This document shows positions 37,601 to 50,596 of a stretch of 64,000 bases of DNA, one piece after another; the stretch's first letter is position 1, and every line of letters begins with the position of its first letter. Made by a program: the position numbers and the translations under genes. The stretch comes from Amoebophrya sp. A120 (Eukaryota; Protista; Dinoflagellata), in the NCBI GenBank assembly GCA_905178155.1, contig CAJINV010000001.1:6109860-6173859 (forward strand), given 5' to 3'. The notes beneath the pieces are model-generated. The model was given only the letters and a program-made list of their open reading frames with translations. It searched no databases and was not told where the DNA came from.

Positions 37601-40067
37601 TATTGCAATACTACGAATACGATAGTTTTGCAGTTCATACCGGATTTTCTGCACGTAGCGGACACCTTTCTGTTTGTCGCGGACACGGGGAATGATCGGA
37701 TTGCCATTTTCAATCTGACCACACCCGAAAGCTACTCGTTCTACGAAACCTTCCAAATGAAAGACTCCTTGAAGCCCTCGCCGGAGCTGAATCGTCCGGT
37801 GGCACTGGCGATGTTCCTACCTGGGATGGAGTACAGGTACAGGAGAAAACTACAAGATTTGAATTTCACCTACTTAAGCCTCTCCCCATCTACTAGTTTC
37901 CGGTTTTTATCCCGACGAAGGAAGTGATTCATCTAGTCGTCCTGCTCACATAGACCACATATCTTGACGAATCGAACGACAATCAAAAAAAGAATAAAAA
38001 CAAAACCACCCCACCACACAGGGAGAGCCCCACGTACGCAAACATATTCCTCTGTGACCGTTTGAACCACCGGGTTCTGAAGTTGAATTGGGGCTACTAC
38101 CAGTACAGCGAGCAGTACAATTTTACGATCTACGACGATTTTGGGTTGGTCGACCGAATTGAACAGCGGACGCGCTACTACCGGCGCTGGAACCGCGGGC
38201 CCCACCTCGAATACGACAGCCAGATCGGCGGCGACACCACCCCCGGCGGCTTTAGTCAGGGGTTACTGACTATCAAATGCAAAAGTGTGTGGGTCTGGAA
38301 GGATGCAAGTTTGTCATGCTTGTCTGGCATGACTCGAGAATCTGTGTTGCATAGGCGCGAAAAGGCCCTCTTACCTGTCATGCAAAAACGCAGGCTGCCA
38401 TGCGGAATACGTAAGACATGGCAGCCAAAAAATTTGTCATGCATAGTTGCGTATTGCAGTGCGTCTACCATTCACTTTTAGCATTACAAGTTTCCAGACC
38501 CAGACATATCTGCATTTGATACTGACGGAGCCGATTTCCGTGCAGACGTTCCGGCACTACATTTTCGTGCTGCAGTACGGCTCGGATGAGATCGGGGTGT
38601 ACACGCTGAACTACAATCAGACGAAGGAGTTTTTGTTCGTTACCAAGTTCTATCAAATGCAAAAATGTCTGGGTCTGGAAGAATGCAAGTTTGTCATGCT
38701 TGTCTGGTATGACTCGAGAATCTGTGTTGCCGAGGCACGAAAAGGCCCTCTTACCTGTTATGCAAAAACGCAGTTTGTCATGCGGAATACGTAAGACATG
38801 GCAGCCACAAAATTTGTCATGCATAGCTGCGTATTGCAATGCGTCTATCATTCACTTTTAGCATTACAAGTTTCCAGACCCAGACATATTCGCGATCCAT
38901 AAGTTCACGAACAGCCGCAAGATCGAGTACGGGATCGGCGTGAGCTACAACGGCTACGTCTGGTTCGCCCAGCAGGAATCGCGGCAGTCCAGTTACGAGA
39001 AGGACCTGGCGGTGTTTGAATCGCCCCGCGACCTCCGCGAGGGCATCCGGCAGTACAAGGCGGACGACTTGAAAACGCAGTGCGTGGACCTGGATTTCTA
39101 CAACAAGACCATCATGAACGACCCGGCCGAGTTCGTCCGGGTGGTGTCCCACGCGTTAAACATCTCCGGGCTGCAGTACTTCTACCCGAACCGGACGGGG
39201 ACGTACGTGGACCTGAAACTGTTCAACCTCTCCTACGTGGCGGAACAGGATTCCAACCCGTTGCTGACCGGGCAGAACATTTACACGCCCCCGGCGATGG
39301 ACTTTGGGTACAATCCCAGCGGCCTCATCGGTCCGCAGTACCCCGAGGAAACCTGGTGGAACAGTACCAAAGCGGGGTTTAACTTCCAACTCTGGAACGC
39401 GACCATCTACGGGGGGATCGTGATGGAGGTCTGCGAGGTGTACATCCCGACGCCGCCGCCCATGCTGTTTGGTGGACAGGGTGGGTTCGTCAATCAGGAC
39501 GGCTCCGCGTTGCAGCAGTGGGACATCAGTGCGGCCTATGATCACGGTGGAAAGAGGAGGGGTGTTTTGCTGGAAAAGACCGTTTTGTTACTCTTCATGT
39601 ACTGCGTTTGGTTCATGCTGTTTCATCAGCCGCGGAAGAATTTCTACTCCACGCAGCTAGAGGAAACAAGTAACTCAGTTCATGTGCTGGTGGAGGTGCA
39701 GGAAAGAAACAGTCGCCGCAGTTTTGGTGTCGCTGCAAGAACGTCGATTTTGCAGCACGACAACAGAAGTGTCGTCGGGCTCCCGTGCGGAGGTACTGCT
39801 TCGGAAAAGAGCTCTGGAGGTCCAGATGCGGAAGCGAAACACGAAGACGAAACTGAGGAAGACCACGCACAAGAACACGACGAAATGACCTCTGGCGTAA
39901 CTGCATCGTCCACGACACCGCATTCGAATTTGCAGCATTTTCCGCGCGGGTTGGTCGTCGAAGTTTCCAGTGACAGAATACGAACAACAAGAATACGAAG
40001 CCGACAGCACGAGATAAGAAAAACTAGAACTAGTACACTTCTCAACGACAAAATGGCACCAGGCTGA
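34623..40067 (+). CDS. Large secreted/membrane protein with NHL-like beta-propeller repeats; GT-AG introns 35294-35445 and 37837-38021 plus three introners
   Basis: N-terminal signal-peptide-like segment. NHL motifs FVADTGNDRIAIF and IFLCDRLNHRVLK. Late hydrophobic segment VLLLFMYCVWFMLF. The frame is continuous only after the three TIR elements are removed. Confidence 0.72.
37489..37639. mobile_element. Introner/MITE family B (151 nt, direct repeat CCGGA)
   Basis: tatcctgtgcaaaagtatcgtactcgta ... tacgaatacgatagttttgcagttcata. CCGGA on both sides. Excision gives ANP-DFLHVADT in frame. Confidence 0.88.
38271..38521. mobile_element. Introner/MITE family C, copy 1 (251 nt, direct repeat CTGAC)
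   Basis: tatcaaatgcaaaagtgtgtgggtctggaa ... ttccagacccagacatatctgcatttgata. Excision gives GLL-TEPISVQ in frame. Confidence 0.93.
38651..38901. mobile_element. Introner/MITE family C, copy 2 (251 nt, direct repeat AGTTC)
   Basis: Near-identical to 38271-38521. The right TIR is partly decayed (cgcgatccata) but still ends ATA. Excision gives VTKF-TNSRKIEY in frame. Confidence 0.92.
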
Positions 40068-41693
40068 TGCTTGTTGAGCCACTGCGAGAATCGTGCTACA
40101 CAGATCCACGAAACGTGAACTCTTTTTCATTAGACACAATCCTGCAAGCGCTGAACTTTCTATGCCTGCTGTGTCCCTCAGGTTGCAAAAGCTAAAAGGC
40201 ACACTAGATCATCAAAGAAAAACAAGAGTTGTTTCGCCTCAAGAACATGTTTCTTGAGTTTGCTGCGCGACTCGACTCGGCATCAGATATGTTCTGGCGG
40301 TTGATCAGTTCTGAGGATGCTTTTTCAGAAGATGAAGAAGTTGCGGAGTTCAAAGTGAAATAATTGCACATGGTGTGAATGTTGTCGTGAAGATTTGTCA
40401 GTGCAGATCTCTCATTCATGTCGACGCCAAGATCTGTTGCTTCCACTTGTGCTCAAAAAAGATCAAGGTCGAGCGATGGCTGCACCGAAAGAAAAGCGTC
40501 ACTCACTTACACTTGGAACCAATAAATGAACAGGACCAGCAGGACCACAGGACCCCAAATTGATGTGTCGCAGAAACGAAAAAGACGCACGAGGTGCGGG
40601 AGCTATGATTTCTAGCGCTAAAGTGGACACCAGTGAGAATCCGTGACTAGTTCTTTGATTCGTGCTATACGCGGAACGACTTCCAGTTCTAAAGTATTAT
40701 CAGTGTGTGAAATTCAAATTTGCAGAGCTTCCTTGTTTAAGTTTATGTCAATGCCCTCTGAAAATGAAAATCAAAATATTGGCGATTCCGTCGAGATCGC
40801 ACACTAGAATCTAATTCTTCGCAGAAGTGAAGATCTTCTTGGCGTGAAAACCTTTCCTTGAAATGACAAACACAAAACAACAGAACAGTGGCACGGTCTC
40901 TATCATGATGTACATTACGAAAAATTTACCACATACCCATAAAATTTTCGGAGGTTCTGACCAAATCAAAACTCCAGGTGTTTAGGTAGATACATAAGGT
41001 TTTTTTTCTCGGGATTATATTATTAGTGATAACGCTAAGGCTAACTTAAAGTTTGAAATCGGCCACAGAAGATCCCTTTTTTTTCCGCCAAGTTTTGCGG
41101 CCTTTTCGTTGACCCCTTCTTTAAGAAAAAATTGAAATTTGTTTTTCCACGACGATCCTTTACATGGTGTTAGACTGTGTGCTGCCTACAAAACGGTCCG
41201 CATTGAATACACTGCCGATTATACTGAGTACCCTTTCATGATCCCTTCTGACTTTTTAGTTCGTGATCTTGTGAATACATTCGTTTCTACGACCCGAGTC
41301 TTGATACCGGCTTGATTTTCGGTTCCTGTCCCCGCTATACTAGTAGAACACCGACATTGACTTCGATTTTTCTGTCCGTCTCAGATTTTTTCCGCTCTGA
41401 GTATCACCTTCTTACGCGAAAGACGTTTTTTATCACATTGACATTTAACTTCTGGTTTTGTACCTCTCAGCGATTACCCGAAACGCAAACAGCTCCTTGG
41501 AGACGGAGCTGTCAAAAGATGAGCCAGCGAGTTTTTTCTTGACCGGCTGCCCTACAGAACTTCTTGGCGCGGAAGTAGGGAGGGAAGTGCGATAAAGATG
41601 AAGAACAAAAAGAACAGATCGCCGACAGTTTTTGCCACCCTGAGAAACTAAGGAGTTTACACAGGACGAGACACCATAAACACAGACGCCGCC

Positions 41694-44600
41694 ATGAGCG
41701 ACGTGATGGTGGTAGAAGACCAGACGGCGGCGGCTCCGGATGGAGCCGCTGCCGCCCCCCCACCAACCGCGGATCCTGGGGCGGGATCATTTGCGGAAAA
41801 CGCTCCCATTTCGGAAGAACAAGTGCGGAAGCAGATCTCGGATCTTATCGAAGCAAAAACGCCAGTGGAGGAACTCATAAAACTACCAGAGCCCGTGCGA
41901 GACAGCCTCGCGGCAGTGAAGGTACGGTGGAACGTGCTGTTAATTTTTTTCGCATGAAGCATTTTTGTTCGGATAAGTGGTGTTTGCACTGACTTACTTA
42001 CATACATGCGCAAGATGTGACTTTTGTTCCTCACAGGTCTATAATATCTACATCGTTTTTTTACCTTTTCCTTTTCCTACTTTTTTTTCGCAGGTGGTGA
42101 TGCCAGTCCTGGGCGACTATGATGAGGTCGAGCAGAAGATGCTCATTGAAAATTTCGCTCCCTTGCGAAGCACGATTTATCGCACGAAAAAACTGTTACA
42201 GTTACACATTGTGTTGCAGTCCAAGCAAGACAGAGAAGCTCTGTCATGCAGGATATGCGTAGGAGCCTCGTTTCATAGCTGTTTTCCCGTAGGACTTCTG
42301 CATTGCAAGTTTTCTTGCTCATGCAAAGAAATTTGTGTTGCTAAATTGACAACAAATGTGTAACTGTAACACTTTTTTCTCACGATACGATTCTACCCGA
42401 GGCCATTAACATGATCATCGAGCGGCTGATATCCTGAGTAAAAGCGTCCCCACACCAGAGTTGTAATGCAGATTTGCAAAGACAGGAAGACTTGTAATGC
42501 GCATCCCCATGAGAGCCATTTCCAGTCGTGTTTTGGAATTTGTGATGCTGTGAACAGGATGAGCAGATGAATCTGTGACGCGGCTGCTCTTGCTAGCCTG
42601 CACTACACTGCATAGTGCAACTTGTCATGCGTGACTCCTAAAACTCCTAGGTTTGTGTTGCAAAATCCTCATCTTGACTCTGGTGTGGGTACGTTTTTAC
42701 TCAGGATAGCTGATCCTGTGGGTATCCGAAGTTGAGCGGGGAAACCAAGATGCGACGCAGCAAGCCAAGGAGCTCACGGACTTGTTCAAACAAATTCACA
42801 GCTCGCCCCTGCTTCCCTGGCTCAAAATGGAAGCAAGCATGGAACGAAAGGTATAGGACTATATACAAATCTGGAGATATTACGAATAGCAATGATGTGT
42901 TTATTGTCCCTCACTTGCAGCATGCGCCACGTAAGACCAACGACATCGCGATCCATGGATGCGATCTGCGATCGAGTCCTGTTCTTCCTACTACGCCGTA
43001 TTTTCTGTTTCCAGTTCTTGATGCTTTATAAAAAATGACTTGCACAGATCAAGTTTCTGTACGCCCTGGGTAGCTGCGTGGTGCTAGCACACGCCGAGGA
43101 CCCACCGGAAGGCCCGATGTCCGGCGCATCGCTGCTTGAATGCCGACGAATCCTGAAAAAGTCCACGGTAGTACAGACCTGGTGCCAGAGACTACTCACC
43201 CCCTTTTTCTCTGTGCCCCAGAGGAGCAACACCTTCGTGCTCGAGACGTGGATCAAAGCGCGGAAGGAACGAAGTTACAAGCTGTGGAAAATGGCGCTCG
43301 AGGCGGTGATGCAGCAACCGACCGCTAAGGAGGAATTCAAAAAGCACTGCCTGACGCTCTTCGACCCCGAGGACAGGGCGGCGCTAGAGTACCACCAGCC
43401 GTATCAGCACAACTTGAACTCGTTGAAAAGCGCGGTGCGACTCTACGGCGGCGAGCGGAACATCGTCTTTCAGAAGTTCAAAATTATTGCCGAAAAGTTT
43501 TGCAAAGACGAGCCGGTCGCGGGGTTTTACGACACGTATTTGGCAGACCTCCCAATCTATTCCGTCGAACTCGCTGCCTTTGCCAGGCTGATGATGCAGG
43601 TAGGGATTTTTGTCTATTGCTTCATATAATTCTGATTCTCTCTTTTCCATATTATGGAAAATCGAAAAGATTCAACTTGTGCAGCACTTTGAGGTGGGAC
43701 GAGAGGCTGGCTCTCAATTTTCTATTTCCACAAAACAGGTAATCGACCGAAGATCGGAGCTGTTTCAGATAATAGATGGCGAGTACCTGATCCTGAAGAA
43801 TCCGGGAAAAGAGGCGCTTCAAAGAGACATATTAGCGCCGCGGATAGCAGCCCGGCAGGCGCAGCAGTACCAAGTGCCACCGTGGATTCTCGAGACGCTC
43901 GCGAGCAAAGGTCTCCCTGAGCAGGCTTTCCGAGGGAAGGATAAGGGCACACAGAAATTGATTGTCCAGCAGATTCTGAAACTAAAGGGAAAACCAGAAA
44001 ATTACCTCGAGATGACGCAAGCACAGGGAGACGGAAAAGGACCGGTAACATCATCTTTGCATAATTCCTTCATTTTTACATGTTGATCAGATTGCATTCT
44101 CCTCATCCACAGGCACGCAAAGAGCAGCTCTCAAACGAAAATAAGCGGGAGAAAAAAAATCTTCTACAGGTCACGGCCGAGCAAGCCTTTGCGTTGCAAA
44201 TCCGCAAGTTCGTGATGGACATGAAGGGGAAAGGAAACCACAAGGGCGTAATGGAGTTGAAGGGCAAGCTCGAATCGAAAGGCAAGAATCTGATGCAAAT
44301 CCTGCAAGCCTCGGCCGCCCAGCCGCAGGCGGCACCCGCGCAACCCCCCGCAGCCGCCGCTCCTCCCGCCGCAGCAGCGCCGGCCGCAAGCCCACCAGGT
44401 TCTGCGCCAGCATCTTCCCCCCCACAAGGCAGTCCTGCGCAACAGGCATCGGCACAGCAGGGAGAGCAGACACAAGCTGAAAAGGACCAGGCCAGGAAAG
44501 TTCAGGTAGGAACAATGAGTTGCGGTGTATGATTTATCTTTTCTTTTGCATGAACGATCGTCAAGGAACGAACGGGAACGCTTTTCAAATGGAGTCTCAT

Positions 44601-47591
44601 GTCAAATGAATACCAAAAAGAAAAAGCGAAATTCAAAGTCCTTTGTTAACGAGGAGCAAAAATGCCGAATGTTTTCTTCATTTACACCCCTACACAGGTC
44701 GTCCTCGCGCTCCGCAACAAGGGCAAAAGCAAGGAGGAGATTACCGCGGTCCTTCCAACCGTCCTGGGAAACGAGAACATCGTGAACATGCTGCTTGCCA
44801 ACGCAGCTGCTGCTGGCAAAGGCGGACAGCCCGGCGGATCATCCTCCAGCACCGACCCAAAGGCAGGAGGAGCCGCGGCCGCGCCGCAGGGCAGCCCGGC
44901 CGGGACATCCAGTATTCTAGCAGGAACGAAGTTCCAAATGAACCTCTCCGCCAAGGACTCCTCTGTTTCGGAGGGCAATGTGCCAACGCCGGCCACGAAC
45001 GGTGCGGTGCCACCAATAAACAATCCGCTCGCGAGCCCACCGATGAACGGCGCACTGAACAACAACGGGGCCACAAGTGCAGTGCAGCAGCCCGCGAACC
45101 CGTACAGCAGCTACGGCGCTAGCGGGATGCAGGCCGCGGGGAGCACGGCGCAGCCCGTGAGTGGCGCGGCAAAGCTTTCTGCGCTGTCCTCATCGGGGTC
45201 GTCTGGCGACTTGAACAACAAAAACAAACCAAGTCTGGGCGCGGTATTCGAGCTTCCGGGCACAGAAAACGCGAATGATACGAAGAAAAGCAAAGCGTCA
45301 AATTGGCCGTTCCAGCAACAAGAGAAGGAGAAAGGGAATAACAAAAAGGCGGATGGCGTGCTGGGGTTCAGAAGAAAAAGAAAAATTCAGTGGGACAATG
45401 CAGCTTTCTTGAGAGCAATAGTCGCAGCGGGGCTACAGGTAGAAAAAGATGTGTTTTCGGTCAATTTTCGTAAGCATGTTGAGCGCTTGAAAATGATGGA
45501 ACTCCACGCCAAGTTCTTATCCTCAAGATTGCATCGGAAATTACTAACTACCTCACTCACAGGCGGGCGACCACAACTGGTCGCGCGAGTGGCACACCGC
45601 TTGCGCGGCTCACGAGGGGGGTGGCATGATGCCCACCAGTGTCCTCGATGTCCCGGTGGCCATGCTCCAAACCTTTGTCGAGCGGCACCTGTTCGAGGCC
45701 TACCGGGCCGGCTGGGCGGACGAGATTCTCTACCTCGGCCCCTCGGAACCGGACGACGCGCCACCGCCAAAAAAAGTCCTCGAGAACTACGCGGTGAACG
45801 GGGCGGCCGGCGGCGGTCAGCAGCAGCGGGTGTTCCGCGAGGTCAGTGACGACGACGGCTCGGAAGACAGCAAGCCCGGCGGGCAGAAAAAGAAAAAGCT
45901 CCCGCCACTTTCCGTGCTGGGGCTGGGTGGTCCCTCGCCCGAAGAGCCGGCGGCGAACGAGCAAGGCGGAGACGCCGCGGCCGCCGCTGCCATGAACATT
46001 GCCTACACGCAGGGCACAAACTCTTCCGGAGGAGCGGTCCCGCACAGAAGAGGGATCGGCATTCCGGGGAAGGGGCTGGGGCAGACCGGTATGATGATCA
46101 CGTTAGGGAGGCCAGAGCCGACGGGAAACACAGCGCCAACGGCCGCAAATGCGCAAATCACGTACATGGAGGGGGCGAATCAGACCGGGTACTAACTACC
46201 GAAAATTTCAGCTTTTTTGTATGACAATGAGATATTTTGTGAAAAATGAACACACCAGGAAATGGGAAAATGAATTCTGGTAGGCAACTTGGTCGAGTTA
46301 TTTGTTTCATACGAACACAATGTGCTTTTTCGTTTTTCGCCACAGGTTCACCGACGAGCAGCCCCCGTTCCCCGGCTCTGCGGAAGAGGCGAACCTGGTT
46401 GAGAAAAGGAGAAGGACCCTCACCAAGCTGCGGCACCGGCGGGAGAAGCGACAGCGTGAGGCTGACGCCCCCGAAGACGAGGCGACCGGGAAAAAGAAGA
46501 GGAAAAAGCGAATACACTTGACGATGTTGGGATTCTCCGACCAGGACGACCATCAGGACTCCAGTACGGACGAGGAGGAGCTCTTCGGCGACGGACCAAC
46601 TTACCATTGGAAAACAAGAATTTGTTACAGCTTCGACCACGGGCGGTGCGAAAAGGGCAAGTACTGCCACTATGCGCATACGGAAAAGGAACTGAAAACA
46701 CCGGGACAAGCGAGGCAGGAATGGGAAGAAAAACTGAAGAAGAGAGGCGTCATACCGCCGCCGCTTATGCCGCAAGGATGTACAGCATTTCTTATTTTTG
46801 CTTGTTGACTTCTGTACCTGCAGTCGACTTCTAGTTGTGTTTTTTTTTGATTTTGCAAGCGCGAGCCCATAATTTGCCCTGCAACTGCATCTTTTACACT
46901 TCCTTTGCGAAGTCACAAACTTACACACACACAGCCCTGTCTGGCGCTCCGACTGGCGAGGGGCTCGTGACAATAGAGCAGGCTATGCACGGCTACGTGG
47001 ATCATTGGGGAAGAGATGCCAAGGGTCACAAGGGCCACAAAGGATTCTATGGAAAAGGTGAGATTTTGTTTGTAAATTTGTGATGCCGAGATGGACAAAA
47101 AACAGCTCTGCAGCTTATGTACGTTAACATGTTGCAATATGGATTCAAAAGCTCCTCCAATCTCCTCCTACACTGCTCATCCTCATTCTATCACAGACCA
47201 CCACAAGGGATACGGAAAGATGGACCACAAGGGCTTTCATCACCACGGCAAGAAGGGCCCAATGCACCTCCCAGACCACAAGGGTATGCATCTGCCATTC
47301 GGCATGCAACCGCCAGAACAGGATCTCGGCTCCGCCTTCGCCCCGCACGACCCCTCGGCGCCCCCCATGATGCCAGGTGGTCCACCCGGTGCCATGGGGC
47401 CCCCGCTGCTAAAGGGCGGTCCGGGTGCTGCTATGGGTCCACCCGGGGCTGCAGCTGCTGTAGCAGGAGGCGCACCGGCCGAGGGCGCAGCTGCACCGAA
47501 GAAGGAGAAAAAAGAGAAGAAGGAAAAGAAAGAGAAAAAAGAAAAGAAAGAGAAAAAGAAAAAACGCGACATCGACGACGAGGACCTGTAG
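41694..47591 (+). CDS. CCCH zinc-finger protein with KKE-repeat tail (probable RNA-binding); nine GT-AG introns plus two introners
   Basis: WKTRICYSFDHGRCEKGKYCHYAH (C-x7-C-x5-C-x3-H). GT-AG introns at 41922-42093, 42851-43047, 43600-43738, 44045-44112 (or 44169), 44506-44697, 45439-45562, 46189-46345, 46780-46934 and 47058-47196 all keep frame. Confidence 0.72.
42178..42387. mobile_element. Introner/MITE family A, copy 2 (210 nt, direct repeat CGATT)
   Basis: tatcgcacgaaaaaactgttacagttacacat ... atgtgtaactgtaacacttttttctcacgata. Excision gives LRSTI-LPEAIN in frame. No GT or AG at the borders. Confidence 0.93.
42430..42708. mobile_element. Introner/MITE family D (279 nt, direct repeat GCTGA)
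   Basis: tatcctgagtaaaagcgtccccacaccagagt ... actctggtgtgggtacgtttttactcaggata. Excision gives IERL-ILWVSEVER in frame. Confidence 0.92.
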
Positions 47592-48687
47592 CGCTATTGG
47601 CCGCTTTGTTATTCTTTATGTTTTTATTGAAATAAACGCGCAAGAGTCATGAAGAGCTCCACCAGGAGAATGTTCCAAAACCAAAATATCGAAACGTTCA
47701 TTTTTACACACGACTAAGTAGCTTTCCTAGTTCCAACTCGAATCTATGGTTTACATTACGTCCAAAACGAATACAGGAAAATCCTCGAAGGTCGCGCCCA
47801 AACGACTTCGAGAAAGATCCATCAAGCGAAAACGTATACTCGAAATCTGCAATTTGAGCACTTCAACTTCCTTTGTTGTTTGTCCTCAAAACAAAAACGC
47901 ATTTTCGAAGCGAAAGCGACTGCGACTAATGTATCGACTTCCCTTGTAGTTATCAAATGGAAATGCAGCGGCGAAGGACCGCAGCGCGCATAACACCATT
48001 ACGATTACTTTGTATTTTGTATCACGATGCGCCGGACGCGGACGCGGACCGAGCGTGGGGAAGCGGAAGCACGTGCCTTCATCTTGAATGATCTGTGGCC
48101 TTCGTTAATGCACCCGCATCCAAGATGGCGCTCGTTTCAGGGGCTTGGTCGTGATTCGCTCTCCGTGTTGACCTGTTTCTGTCCTGCGGCGAGATGCACA
48201 GCAGCAGAGTTATGGAAAGATCAAACATTAACGCACACAAAACACGTAACATACAAAGCGAATTTTTACTCTGCAAAGGTCCTTTTTGTACCTTGCTTCT
48301 TCAAGATTTTCGCTGCCCCAGTTGTTCGCTCCTCTTGCCTCATCTTTTCGGTGATTCGGCTTCTGTACTAAATGGCAACCCGCTTGGCCGCCGACGAGTA
48401 CCTCCGAAAGTTTACAGAGGGGAGTGATTCTTAGTTCATTCTGCAACGGAAAGAAGAAGCCCTGAGAGTTCTAGTCCAAGAAAGGAACAACGAGTCGGGC
48501 TGTGTAGTTCTAGTTTTTTTTTGAGAGTGCAGCTCGAGGTGTAGGGCTGTTCCAGCATGCGACAACGCTTTCTCGTACTTACGAGTCAATACGAGGATAG
48601 AATCAATCTTCTGCCACTAGATTTTTTCCAACCGAGCATCCATGATGACGTAAACAAACACAAGCGCAGGCAGAAAGAGTTGAGGAG

Positions 48688-50596
48688 ATGGAGCGGGCGG
48701 CTCAGGTACCACAGCGTACAACTGGAAGACATCAACATCGAGCCGCGCACTGTACAGTTTCGGCCCTGTTTGCGGCTTTCTTCGCGGGCCACCAATTTGC
48801 ACAAGGGTTGCAGCTCCAGCCACGAAGCAATGCTGCCCTGATTTTTGAGAGGGAGTACGAGAAGGTGAAACATGGGGCGTACGAGCACGACAACAGTTTT
48901 TCGCCTAATAGCGAGGAGTACGACAAACTCTACGCCGCGTGGCTAACGCCCCGCTTCGCTAAGTTGCAGAAGCAAATCGACACCGCACGACTGCATGGTA
49001 ACATCGGACAACAAGAGAAGGGAGTAGAGAAGGCAGCTTCTCATCAAAATAAAGACGATACCAGTGACAGTCCCGTGGCCGCCCCTCCTTCTCTCGTCAT
49101 TGGCATCAAAACCGCTGGGGCGTGGACGCGAGTGCGTGATGTACACCGAACTACATGGATGAAATCGGAAAACCGACAAGGCAAAAAATGCGTCACCCAG
49201 AAACAAGTCACGCCTGGGCAGGTGACCGCCCGGTTCCTGCTCGAGGGCGAGCCGACGGAGGACCTGCTGAAGGAACAGGCGAAATTTGGAGATTTGGTCT
49301 TTCTTAACACCACGGATTACGCACACAAGCTGCCGCTGATGCCCAGTGATAGGCGAAAAGTGTTTTCTTGGTTTCGGAAAATAGGAGAGATCGAAGCGGG
49401 CGGTGGTCCTGACAAGAACGAAGAGCAAGCAGTTGCAAACACCAAGAAACCAAGCTACGTGGCAAAAATGGACTGCGATACCTACATTGAGCCGTGCGAC
49501 CTGCTCGAGGACATGGCGGGCAGCGGGACGCCTTTGTACTACGGCCAGATGAATGGGCGCAAGGAGCTTTTCAACCCCTACGGCGGGCGGGACATTGACA
49601 AGTGCCGGGCCAAGATCGAAGGACGGACCGATCACGAACCTTTTATGCAGGGCGGGTAAGAGCAGAATCAGAGTGTGCTGCTTTACCTCCTTTTTGCATT
49701 TCCATTCATTCTTGCGTTGGAGTAGGGTAGACTTGGCTAGCTTCTTGAAATAAGTGTACTTATCGTAGCAATTTCTCATCTTCAGGTTCTACGCTATGTC
49801 CCAGGACATGGCGCACTGGATGGCGGAGTACCCTTCCTACCCGCGCCTCGTCAAGTCGGAGGACCAGGCCGTTGGGTGCATGATGCTGTACTCGATCCGT
49901 GCGGGCGCCGCCGGCCCGCAGATGGTGCACCCGGTCGTGTGGGAGCGCGAGGGCTGCGACCAGCACTGGTGCAACGCGTGGGACCCGAGGGGCGGCAAGT
50001 TTCTGTTCAAGCACTTGTGGTACGAGTTCGCGGCGCACGTGGGGAAGCCCCGGCACTTATCAAAATGAAAAATCCCCCCTCCCCATATCAAAACGGAAAT
50101 TTGTGATGCTGATTTGTGACCACAAATCAGCTCTGTATTGCAGAGAGGCACTGCGGCCAGATCCCCAGGCTAGGTAGGGGCGTGCGGGTCTGGTAGTTCA
50201 GCATGGCAAGCGGCCCCCCTTTAGGCCCAACAGCATGACAAACCGCTTCCATAATGGGGCGGAAGCTTGTGCCCTTATCTTCTTGCAAGACAGATGTGAT
50301 TTGTGACCTCAAATCCGCAACGCAAATCTTTGCAAACATACCGCTTCAATATGGGGAGGGGGGATTTTTCCTTTCGATAGCACTACAGCATCAATGTGAC
50401 CGACGTGATGGCGTTGCAGGATGACGGCGCGGTGATTCCAGAGTCGAAACACGACGTACTGAAAGAGGAGCAGGAAGGAAAGGAGGAGCAAATGCAGAAG
50501 GGTTTGCAGAAAGAGAAAAAGCCGGCTCCAGCGCAGGCTTTGGAGGGGGGAGCTTCAGCCGCGAAGGCTGAAAGTGGTGCGAGGAAAGAGCACTGA
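48688..50596 (+). CDS. GT31 (galactosyltransferase-like) glycosyltransferase; GT-AG intron 49656-49785 and introner 50058-50379
   Basis: LVIGIKT, RDVHRTTW, EQAKFGDLV, YVAKMDCDTYI (DxD), LYYG, FMQGG|FYAMSQD and SEDQAVG match the GT31 pattern. Confidence 0.82.
50058..50379. mobile_element. Introner/MITE family E (322 nt, direct repeat GCACT)
   Basis: tatcaaaatgaaaaatcccccctccccatat ... atatggggaggggggatttttcctttcgata. Excision gives KPRH-YSINVTD in frame. Confidence 0.92.
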
